A stretch of DNA of 64,000 nt, from assembly GCF_001194135.2 (NCBI RefSeq), contig NC_069000.1:4672683-4736682 (forward strand), in the 5' to 3' direction. Of the stretch, positions 52,859 through 64,000 are shown one piece after another; the stretch's first letter is position 1, and the number at the start of each line of letters is the position of its first letter. The stretch comes from Octopus bimaculoides. Its lineage: Eukaryota. A program made the translations under genes and the position numbers. Under the pieces are notes generated by a model. That model was not told the DNA's origin, did not search any database, and saw only the letters and a list, made by a program, of their open reading frames with translations.

Positions 52859-54644
52859 TTCAATAAACCGATTAAATTTCTACAATGTACAAATTATTTT
52901 AACAATATTTTAAATGCATTTCTTAATAGTGTTTAATTCTAAATATATAATGAAGTGAAGTAGCAGCAGGGCGTGTGTTTACTATTGGCCTCATGACTCT
53001 CCGAGACATACAATTTATGTTGTATGCAAGTTCGCAATCAAGAATCCTTCAAACCAAATATAAGAACAAATTCTTGTAAATTCTGGCAATAAAAAGATAA
53101 AAACGGAAGATTACTGGATATTGTTTATGCTCCTTCATATTGAGTGGAGAGAAGGATCAGTGTCATGTCGCAATTGTTAATGAGTTGTTGATTGTTAATC
53201 AAGCAGTTAAATACATTTGGAGTAATTGAAAGCGGAGGCATGTCATTGAATTCCATTAGAAGGAGGTGAACTTTTACAAATATCTGAGAGCAAGTGCCAA
53301 AAGAAACAAACAAAAGAAAAGCGAAAAAGACACGAAAACAAAACAAAAAAAAAAGAAAGAAACAAAACGTTAAGAACCAGTGTTCCAAAACAAAATTTAA
53401 ACACACAGAAGCGAATTATCTGAAGAGTATATGGATATGAACTTCACAGAATATAACATTATTCGACAGAAGAAAAAAGATTAAATATGATAATTAATGT
53501 ATGTGATATAAACGTATGAATAAATAATTAAATAAATAAATATATGAATGAATAAATAACTATCTAAATAAGTGAATAAGTTAATTAAATCAAACCTTTA
53601 CTGGAAAACTCTATTTTCGAATCAATACTACGTGTAAGCCGTTAGAAGATTGCATACGTTAAGTTTGCTAGTCACGAATCATCCATCATATATGACATGG
53701 TAAATGAAATAACATACAATAAAATACATCTACAAGAATTCATTTCTTTATGCTTTTTTTCTGTTTTTTTTTTTTACTTTTTGGTGGAACGTATTAACAT
53801 ATTATCACAGTATAACATGCATTATTAATACAAAAATGTTATGATTGCATTGCATATGTAATACAGAATATAATAATAACTCATAGCACATAATCTTATT
53901 GAAATTCCTTTACCCCAAAACTATATCACATTTGCACATTCATAAGTACACAGGCACATATATATTTACACATATATACACACACATGTATATACATATA
54001 CACACATTATATATATATATATATACACACATATATATATATGTACATATATATTTATAGACACATATATATGTATGTACGTATGTATATATATGTATAT
54101 ATACATATATATGTATATACATATATGTATATATATATTATATATATATGTATATATACATATATATATACATATATATATATATATANNNNNNNNNNNN
54201 NNNNNNNNNNNNNNNNNNNNNNNNNNNNNNNNNNNNNNNNNNNNNNNNNNNNNNNNNNNNNNNNNNNNNNNNNNNNNNNNNNNNNNNNNNNNNNNNNNNN
54301 NNNNNNNNNNNNNNNNNNNNNNNNNNNNNNNNNNNNNNNNNNNNNNNNNNNNNNNNNNNNNNNNNNNNNNNNNNNNNNNNNNNNNNNNNNNNNNNNNNNN
54401 NNNNNNNNNNNNNNNNNNNNNNNNNNNNNNNNNNNNNNNNNNNNNNNNNNNNNNNNNNNNNNNNNNNNNNNNNNNNNTTCATAGGAAAGAGAAGGTACGT
54501 AAACCGAATTAAAGGTAGCATGTATCACCTTTTTCCCCTTCCTTTCCTCTTTCGATGGCTATCCGGAACATTCGTTAATGTTTGTTTCTACCCCCCTAAA
54601 AATCCTTGGACGGACGCTTTAAACGTGTCAAGATACTTATACAA

Positions 54645-54675
<31 letters not shown>

Positions 54676-54729
54676 AGAACTTCAATGGTTAAAAACGAAA
54701 GTAAAAAAAGAGACTTTGTTTTGATCTAG

Positions 54730-54818
54730 ATACCGATGCTAATCTGGAGGAAGATGAACTCATAGAATTTTCCAGTCACGAATTATTTATCAGAGGCGAT
54801 ATTGAAGAATGGAATAAG
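54730..54818 (+). CDS. Best candidate coding exon, product unknown
   Basis: actttgttttgatctag| and AAG|gtgcgt. Phase 1 to 0 open frame TDANLEEDELIEFSSHELFIRGDIEEWNK, protein-like and not repetitive. Confidence 0.4.
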
Positions 54819-55344
54819 GTGCGTTTACATGTCTTTGGTGTTTACATCACTGCTATTATTAACGGTAAAGCGTAAAATATCATAATTGATTTGCATACCT
54901 AATATGAATTCGTGGAAAACTTGTAACTTATGAAACATTTTCGAAATGCTTCTGTAAACATATTAAAAATTCAACGGTTTTACCAAATGTTCTGTCATGG
55001 CCGACACAGACACGTTCGTTTAATATCCATGATGGTTATAGTTAAAGAAAATAGACAAGATACATGAAACATATTTCTCTCTCTCTCTCTCTCTCTTCCT
55101 CCTTCTGTTTCTTTTTCTCTGTGTACGTGTGTACGTGTGTGTGTGTGTGTGTGTGTGCGTGAGCACATTTTCATGACATTTTCTATTGCTCGCTAATACA
55201 TAGTTTTACGCTTGTAAGTTCAACATCTTTCACAGCCCACATATCAAATGTCTTTATATTTCTCCCCATCTCACTCTCTCTCGAATATTCTTTCTTTGAC
55301 AGTATATTCCACATTATTTATTTATTTTAATTTCAATTTACATT

Positions 55345-55553
55345 AAGACGGGAAGCAGTTAGAGTCGTTAACTGACTCAGCGGCATTTCGTCCGTCTTTA
55401 CGTTCTGAGTTCAAATTCTGCCAATGTCGACTTTGCAATTCATCTTTCGAGAATCGATAAAATAAGTACGACTGGAGTACTGGGTTTCATGTAACCGACT
55501 TACCCGCTTCCCTACTTCCCCGAAATTGCTGGAATTGTGCCAAAATTTGAATC
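55345..55553 (+). mobile_element. SINE A, tail type 2
   Basis: gcggcatttcgtccgtctttacgttctgagttcaaattctgcc...gctggaattgtgccaaaatttgaatc. Confidence 0.85.
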
Positions 55554-56000
55554 TGAATTACATTATAACATCATTCCAAAGCTTACGTACTTGCGGCGAG
55601 TTATGGCAGTTCCTGGCAGTTCGTTGGATAAAATGCCTTATTCTATTAGTTCTGAATCGCTGCGCTTTGAGATCAAATCTGGTTGAGGTGAATTTGGTGG
55701 ACGGAAACTGAAAGAAGCTCATCGTATATACATTTTATATCAAATTATATTTGTGTGTGTGTGTGAAAAGTGTATGTTGTATCTTTGTCTTCGTGTTCGT
55801 TTCACAATACAGCTTGACCACAGATTTACGTTTGTCTGCTTCCTCGTAACAAAGCTGATCGGCAAAACAAAATAAGCATGGCCACAATCAAATTACTCAG
55901 AAGGTAAGAAGAAAAATAGAATACGTTGTCTAAAAGACAAGGTTGAATATATATCACTGCATCCAATGTAATTCATTCGTAATAATTTCAAGCCATAACG

Positions 56001-56187
56001 CGGCGTTATGGCCGATTTGTCAGCACGCCGAGCAAACAGCTTAGAAAACTTTCGTCCATGTTTACGTTCTAAGTTCAAACACCAGCGAGGTTGGCTTTGC
56101 CTTTCATCCTTCGGAGTCGGTAAAATAAATACCAGATTAATACTTGGCTCTCTCGAAATTGCTGGATGTGTGCCAAAATTTGAAACC
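56001..56187 (+). mobile_element. SINE A, diverged with internal deletion, tail type 2
   Basis: cagcacgccgagc...cgttctaagttcaaac...ctttgcctttcatccttcggagtcggtaaa...gtgccaaaatttgaaacc. Confidence 0.8.
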
Positions 56188-56872
56188 GTTATTATTGTGG
56201 GTAGAAGAACATGATGTTAAGCGAACCATATTTACGTATATACACATATATACATAAATATATGCATCTACTTGTAGACAAATATACACATACAATATAA
56301 ACATTGTTTTACGATGTGTACCAAACGATTAATCAAAAACTCTTTACGAATGAATTAAACATGGAATGTTTTATATTTGATGTAATGTCAGATCGAGAGC
56401 TGGGACGTAATACGTCTGGAAACAGACTATCGAAACTGTACTTCCATTAATAAGACGACGGGGCGAAATTTCAGAGAGATTTCATTGCTATTTCTAGAAA
56501 GAGATTTTTGCTCTTTGTTTTCTTCACTGCTGAAATTTTTTTGTGATGGCTGCCGTTTAAAAATATCTGACAATCCTTGTCTGGTATAATTTCTAAATTC
56601 TAAATATGATTGATAACCTACCAATACTTTAACCGTCAACTGTGTCTCTTCGTTTCTTCTTTTTTTTTTCATGTAAGGAAGTGTTTTTTAAATATAGTTT
56701 ATTTTCTCTAACTTCCTGGAAGCCATATTCGAATGGAAAGTACATTTTGTTTTGAACGAACAACTTGATTCCTTTCCATACATAACATTATTCCGTTGTT
56801 CATTCATTCGTTCATTCTCTCTTTTCCTCTATTTGATTCTTTGTCCGTTTATCGTTAGCATATCATTAGCAC

Positions 56873-57003
56873 TATCGTTAGCATGTCGGATGAAATACTT
56901 AGCGGCATTTCGTCCGTCTTTGCGTTCTGAGTTCAAATTCCGCCGTGGTCGACTTTGTCTTTCATCTCCGAAATTTCAGGCCTTGTGTCTTTAGTAGAAA
57001 GGA
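56873..57003 (+). mobile_element. SINE A with internal deletion, tail type 1
   Basis: cgttctgagttcaaattccgccgtggtcgactttgtctttcatc joined to ccgaaatttcaggccttgtgtctttagtagaaagg. Confidence 0.85.
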
Positions 57004-57544
57004 TTATTATCATTATTATTCCAAAGCAGTTACATTTCTGGCCTTGTGCCTAAAAAAAAAAAAACATACACATTATTAATCGTTCAAAATAATGTTATCT
57101 TTTCTCTTAACGATATTATTTCCTTTTGGTTGAGAAGTATACGTACTCTCTTGAGGAAATAAATTTGTTTTCTTTTATCATCGTTTATTCATCAACCATA
57201 AAAACGTTGATTCTTTTAGTTCGAATCGATGATGGTGTTTCTAGTGAATGTAACTACGTTAGCTTTCGAGTGAAAAAAGAAACTTTTTGTTCGGAAACTG
57301 AAGAATTTTTTCTCTCTGAAAACGGAAAGCAGTAAGAAAAGAAATTTAATTTGTACCTGTTTGTCTAGACGGTTCACATTAATAAATATTAAATAGATTT
57401 TCAAACGAAGATTCACCTGGTAAGAATCCACAATGCTGAAAGCAAAGTGAAACACAACTTACTCAACCAGAACAAGAAATAATAAATGATAAATAACATC
57501 AAAAATAATAATCACAACCGCAGTAACAAGAAAGAAAAAACAGC

Positions 57545-57596
<52 letters not shown>

Positions 57597-57605
57597 GCAA
57601 TAATT

Positions 57606-57928
<323 letters not shown>

Positions 57929-58103
57929 TTGTAGGCACAAGGCCTGAAATTTGGGAGAGGAGGTAATACGATTACATCGACCCCAGGACTCGGATGGTAC
58001 TTATTTTATCGACCCCGAAATGATAAAACGCAAAGTAGACCTCGGCAGCGTTTGAACGAGGAACGTAAAGTCGGACGAAATGTCGCCAAGCATATTCTGC
58101 CAA
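57929..58103 (-). mobile_element. SINE A
   Basis: gtaggcacaaggcctgaaatttggg...atcgaccccgaaatgataaaacgcaaagtagacctcggc. Confidence 0.85.
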
Positions 58104-58784
58104 CTATTATAACATTAAAACAAACATAAGAAAGAAAGAAAGAGAGAGAGAGACAGAGACAGAGAGAAGAGACAAAGAGAGACAAAGACAGAAGAGAGAG
58201 AGAGAGAGAGAGTGAGAAATGGTATAAAATGCGTGTGTGTGTGTGTTTGTGTGTATGTGTGTGAAGGGGAGAGATAGAAAATATGAGAAACGCTACAAAA
58301 AATAGTAGCTGTGTGCCAAATACAGTTGACAGTTTGCCATCAATTTAAGTAGACAGAATGAGAAAAATCCGAGTTGCTCTGAGTTACAATTTTGCTTCCA
58401 TGTCAATTTTGGTGATAAATTGATAGAATGAAGTTTAACTCAGAAGTGTAATGTCGGTGAAAGCGAGTCAAAAAAAATGGAAGAATTATATCGCTCAATA
58501 TCACATGATCTGTATAACATGTCTGTTCAGTTCAGATAATTTCAGATAAGATCAGAAGAGATTATCAATTGGAAAGTTCATAGAAGACATCGATAATTTG
58601 ATTTGTAGTGAGAGGTGAAGAAGGATGTAGGGTTTCGTGTTTTTGTTCTTCGGCTGAAAGTGTACGAAAATAGAATGGCGGGTCGCTGGTCAGACTTCGT
58701 GGTGGTTGTGAGTCAATTGTTTGGGATCTAGGAGGTAAATAAATAGTGAATTAATATTCTCTTTTCCCTTCTATTATAGGGCTA

Positions 58785-58961
58785 TTACGGGCCAGTCGAG
58801 TATATCGATCCCATTGTTCAACTGGTACTTATTTTATCGACCCCGAAATGATGATAAGCTAAGTCAAACTCGTTGGAGTCTAAACTCAGAACGTAAAACT
58901 GGAAAAAGTGCTACTAAACCTTTTGACCGGCGTGCTTACCATCGTGCCACTTTGCCGCCTT
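58785..58961 (-). mobile_element. SINE A, diverged
   Basis: caactggtacttattttatcgaccccgaaatgatg...actcagaacgtaaa...ggcgtgct...gccgcctt. Confidence 0.8.
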
Positions 58962-60184
58962 TGATTAGGGAATTAAAGTTAAAAGAATGATATAGAGGGT
59001 TGTCTTTGTGGACCGAGATGTTTAGACGAAGAAGAAAGCAACGTAAGAGGAACAGAAATCTAAGGTGCAAAGTAAGAGACAAGGAAAGAAGAAATATAGG
59101 AATTTGGGTGGCCGAAGGAACAATATTTCAAACGAGCCCCCCCCCCCAAAAAAAAACCCCAACAAATTTACTGTCTGTATAAAGAGGAGACTTTGTGTTT
59201 CTATACACATCTATCTATCTATCTATCTATCTATCCATCTGCCTATCTCACTATCTATCTGTCTGTCTGTCTTTCTGTCTGTATACACACACACGCACAC
59301 ATACACACACACACGCACATAAACATATNNNNNNNNNNNNNNNNNNNNNNNNNNNNNNNNNNNNNNNNNNNNNNNNNNNNNNNNNNNNNNNNNNNNNNNN
59401 NNNNNNNNNNNNNNNNNNNATATATATATATATACATATATATGCCTAAGAGAATACGTACAAACATGAATATCCGAATACATACGCGTTGTATAGTATT
59501 TGAGTTCGCCATATTGGTCTATGTATTCATACTGGAGACTGTGTATGCATACATACGTCATAGTCTTGTGACCACTGAAGCGCTGAGCCACACAATCCTG
59601 GCTCGTTGACCAACTTCTTCTATGATACTCCATTCAGACTCACGCTTTAAGACCATCAATTCCATGCTTATAGATACGGACATTTGCTACATAATAGCTA
59701 CACACATTTTCAAAATATATAGTGACATAAAAACTGACTGACATATCATATTTATTTGATAGATCTTCACAAAGTTGTCTAATATATACAAACATCAAAT
59801 TGTTCAACTAATGAATATAATAGTGATGATAATATACAGAGAGTTATGTTCGTTGCCTGATATGCAGGAGACTATCAACTGAAATCAAACGAGAGCAGCC
59901 ATAGTAAATATAATGTCTATCGCATCAAAGCTTTGCGCACTTGAACTTCGTCGCTGACTCATTCACCTACTTGACACGAAGTTGGAATAAAGTTCGCAAT
60001 TTCACAAGTACTTTATATACATACGTACCTACAAACACAAACACACACACACATATATACATACACATACATACACACACATACACACAAACGTGCCTTC
60101 ACACACACACATATATATAAACACCTAAATATATATGCAGATATATATATATACATATATATGCATATATACATATATACCAAG

Positions 60185-60234
<50 letters not shown>

Positions 60235-60563
60235 GTGTATAAATATATAATTATAAAACATATGTATATCATATATCATATATGTATATACCCATGTATT
60301 TTAGCATATATTTGAAAATATATGCACATACGTGCATGTAGACATGCTTATATATAAATATATATATACATATCTATATATATATGTATATAAACACAGA
60401 CACACTGTAATTTGCGTATTGTTATGTGTGAGTTTTGTATGTATGTAATTAATTAGATGACACATTACACGTATACGCACATTCCAGCGTAGGCAGACTT
60501 GTCCTTATGTGTGCATATATTAATGGAAATGTGTTAAAGCAGTTTCCCATATATTAATATATT

Positions 60564-60778
60564 CTTTTCTACACTAGGCATGAGGTCCGAAACTTTGGGG
60601 GACGGTGTCAAGTTGATTAGATCGACTCCAGTACGCAACTGGTGCTTAATTTATCGACCCCGAAATGATGAAAGGCAAAGTCGACCTCGGCGGAATTCGA
60701 ACTCACAACGTAAAGACAGATGCAATAACGTTAAGCATTTCGCCTGGCGTGCTAGCGTTTCTACTAGCTCGCCGCCTT
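60564..60778 (-). mobile_element. SINE A, full length, tail type 1
   Basis: cttttctacactaggc...gaaaggcaaagtcgacctcggcggaattcgaactcac...agctcgccgcctt. Confidence 0.9.
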
Positions 60779-60868
60779 CATATATTAATATATCATAATC
60801 ATCGAAGGAGATTGCTTTTAGAATTTATTTTAGCGACTAGGATAAGCCAGTGCATGGTATGTATCCTT

Positions 60869-60924
<56 letters not shown>

Positions 60925-61016
60925 GACATATCAGGAAACTCTCAAGGGAGCCGAACAACGAAAGGTCTTCAGAAATGAAATCCCTCTCAGAAGTGTTTGG
61001 GTTCTTAAATTCTTAG

Positions 61017-61135
61017 ATTCCGAGGCGGCTGGGCCACATCCAGATCATTGCCACTGTGTACCCTTCTACTGTTACGTTTTGGCCAATTTATTGATCATAA
61101 CGATCGTTTCGACGCTCTGCATTTCTCCCTCGCCG
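61017..61135 (+). other. Candidate 119-nt exon (unassigned)
   Basis: ttcttaaattcttag| and CCG|gtgaga. Two open frames: SEAAGPHPDHCHCVPFYCYVLANLLIITIVSTLCISPSP and FRGGWATSRSLPLCTLLLLRFGQFIDHNDRFDALHFSLA. Confidence 0.25.
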
Positions 61136-61622
61136 GTGAGAAACCATACAATGAATTTTGAATTATCTTACGGTGCAGAAGCAATTACGCACAAACAAAA
61201 ATATATGGGCAAGTGTCTGTATGTGTGTGTGTGTGTTTGTGTTTATGTGTGTGCGTGTGTGTTTGTGGCGGGGATTCTGTGTTTCTGTGTATCGCTTTTA
61301 ATAACCAGAGGTCAGAGCTTGACTCAAGTAGCATGCATTGTACGCATTGTAATTAATAAACACAAAGGCATGCGCATATACCTACGAGTATAAAGTTGGA
61401 GCAAAGCATTACTTAATTGGATGTGAGAATAGAGAAAGTTTCAAGTTTTATAACACAGTAAAATGGAAAAAACATCGAATGACTGACATTACGCCAGCAG
61501 TTAGTTGGAATAAGCAGTTTTATGAGGGATTCAAAATCTTAAAAATAACAATAATGAGAAAAGAAACCAGCAAATTTAGTAGATTGGAACTTTGCAACAA
61601 TATAGGAATAGAAAACATTGTA

Positions 61623-61673
<51 letters not shown>

Positions 61674-61674
61674 C

Positions 61675-61715
<41 letters not shown>

Positions 61716-62672
61716 NNNNNNNNNNNNNNNNNNNNNNNNNNNNNNNNNNNNNNNNNNNNNNNNNNNNNNNNNNNNNNNNNNNNNNNNNNNNNNNNNNNNN
61801 NNNNNNNNNNNNNNNNNNNNNNNNNNNNNNNNNNNNNNNNNNNNNNNNNNNNNNNNNNNNNNNNNNNNNNNNNNNNNNNNNNNNNNNNNNNNNNNNNNNN
61901 NNNNNNNNNNNNNNNNNNNNNNNNNNNNNNNNNNNNNNNNNNNNNNNNNNNNNNNNNNNNNNNNNNNNNNNNNNNNNNNNNNNNNNNNNNNNNNNNNNNN
62001 NNNNNNNNNNNNNNNNNNNNNNNNNNNNNNNNNNNNNNNNNNNNNNNNNNNNNNNNNNNNNNNNNNNNNNNNNNNNNNNNNNNNNNNNNNNNNNNNNNNN
62101 NNNNNNNNNNNNNNNNNNNNNNNNNNNNNNNNNNNNNNNNNNNNNNNNNNNNNNNNNNNNNNNNNNNNNNNNNNNNNNNNNNNNNNNNNNNNNNNNNNNN
62201 NNNNNNNNNNNNNNNNNNNNNNNNNNNNNNNNNNNNNNNNNNNNNNNNNNNNNNNATATATATATATATACACATATATAAACTGTGTATACACACACAT
62301 ACACGCGTACGCTACGAATTGAGAGTTCGTTCGAACAAGTACCCATGAGGATTCCGTGTGTGCTTGAATCAGCAGTTTCTCCATGGAAACAACTCGAACA
62401 TAGTTCAGTGCTTTAATCTTCTGATGTCTTCACCAATATCTTCCTTTATCACTAAAACTAACTCACAACAAATAGAGAAAGCGTAAAACATAAAACAGAA
62501 AACATTCCGACTATTATTGCAATGGAAGCGGATACAGTAGACGAAAATTGCCTCGAGGGAGTGATAGCATAATAGCATAATATAATAACACATACGTATA
62601 TGCACATGTATGTGTGTGTGTGTGCTTGTGTGTATTCTTATATTTACATTCATATAAATGTGTGTGTGTGTG

Positions 62673-62708
<36 letters not shown>

Positions 62709-62811
62709 TATATATATATGTAAATGTTATGAGAGGTAATGGTGTCAATGTATATGCATATATTTACATATATATATATGTATATATGTATGTATGTATA
62801 TATATATATAT

Positions 62812-62941
<130 letters not shown>

Positions 62942-63169
62942 TGGTGAATACATGTTTATATATAGAAGTATGTGTATGCATGTATATATACACGCACATA
63001 TCTATAGATATATATGTTTGTGTGTTCGCTTCAGTCTCACATTCTTTCGCTGTGTCTGTCTCTCTATCTCTGTCTCTCTTTCTTTTTCTCTGTCTCTCTC
63101 TCTCTATTTATATATATGCATTAAATTTATAACATATATATTATATTTAACATAAGCATACAAACAAAC

Positions 63170-63318
63170 GCAGGAGTGGCTGTGTGGTAATTAGCTTGGT
63201 TACCAATCACATGACTTCGATGTCATCCACACTGTCTGACAACTTGGGCAAATGTCTTCATCTGTAGCCTCAGGTCGACCAAAGCCTTGTGAGCGGATTT
63301 GTGGATTTCGTAGACGGT
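63170..63318 (+). mobile_element. tRNA-derived SINE B (CORE-like, resembling octopus OR-type SINEs)
   Basis: gcaggagtggctgtgtggtaa A box, then aacttgggcaaatgtcttc CORE-like motif and gcctcaggtcgaccaaagccttgtgagcggattt. The family name is from memory. Confidence 0.8.
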
Positions 63319-63711
63319 TTGTAAGACTTATTAATTGTTCTACCAAAACATGAGCTCTAGAAACGACCGGTGAAAGTGATCCTCTTCGAAGCGTATTATA
63401 TACCTTATAATTTTAGAAAACACACACCGAACTCTATGGATCTTTTAACTGAAATTCTTAACCATTCATAATTTCAGTGCAAAAAAAAAAAAAATAATAA
63501 TAATTATCAGTCCTCTTTTTCTCAGAATTCCTCCCATACGTAACTCACATGTGTTTTATTTAAATGTATTATTATGTATATTTATATATTTGTATCTTAT
63601 GAAATCTTTTTTTAAATATTCATATGTGTCAATATGTATTGATATATGTATACGCATTTTGAGTTGAATTTATACATGTACGATTGCCTAATTTGAGTTT
63701 ATAACTTAATT

Positions 63712-63752
<41 letters not shown>

Positions 63753-64000
63753 TGTGTGTATATATGTATCAAACGCAAGTCTTGTAACGTATTTAAGATG
63801 TATTTTACTTAGGGCAAGCATTTTCTGTTAGAGAATTACTCAATGCGTTGGGCTACCATACCTAACTCTAGTCATTATACCGACATTTGACAGTGAAAAA
63901 TACGTTTTGCCTTTGGCTGTTCGCAACTATCACGACAATCATGAAGAGCCAGCGGCGAAGTTCATAGCACAGTGTCACACTTTCATTATAACATGTACCC

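Overview
Very AT-rich, repeat-dominated animal genomic DNA from a draft assembly: 23 N-gaps totalling about 8 kb, most opening in (TA)n, (CA)n or (TATC)n microsatellites. The interspersed repeats resemble those I know from octopus (coleoid cephalopod) genomes; this is an inference from family appearance, not a database result. No long genuine ORF exists. Essentially every ORF in the supplied track is translated microsatellite, gap or SINE. The window reads as intronic or intergenic DNA. It holds about 18 copies or fragments of one tRNA-derived SINE (three 3' ends, one of them the linker of a dimeric form), a second CORE-like SINE, decayed Tc1/mariner transposases, a rearranged R4/Dong-type LINE fragment, a probable solo LTR and several fold-back palindromes. 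The best leads are a palindromic mariner built from two right ends, a pri-miRNA-shaped 35-bp hairpin, the dimeric SINE, a hammerhead-like motif, and short exon candidates, especially 46898-46970 with 54730-54818. No gene could be named. No CRISPR array, rRNA or true tRNA gene was seen. I did not find a clearly new biological system; the findings are leads.
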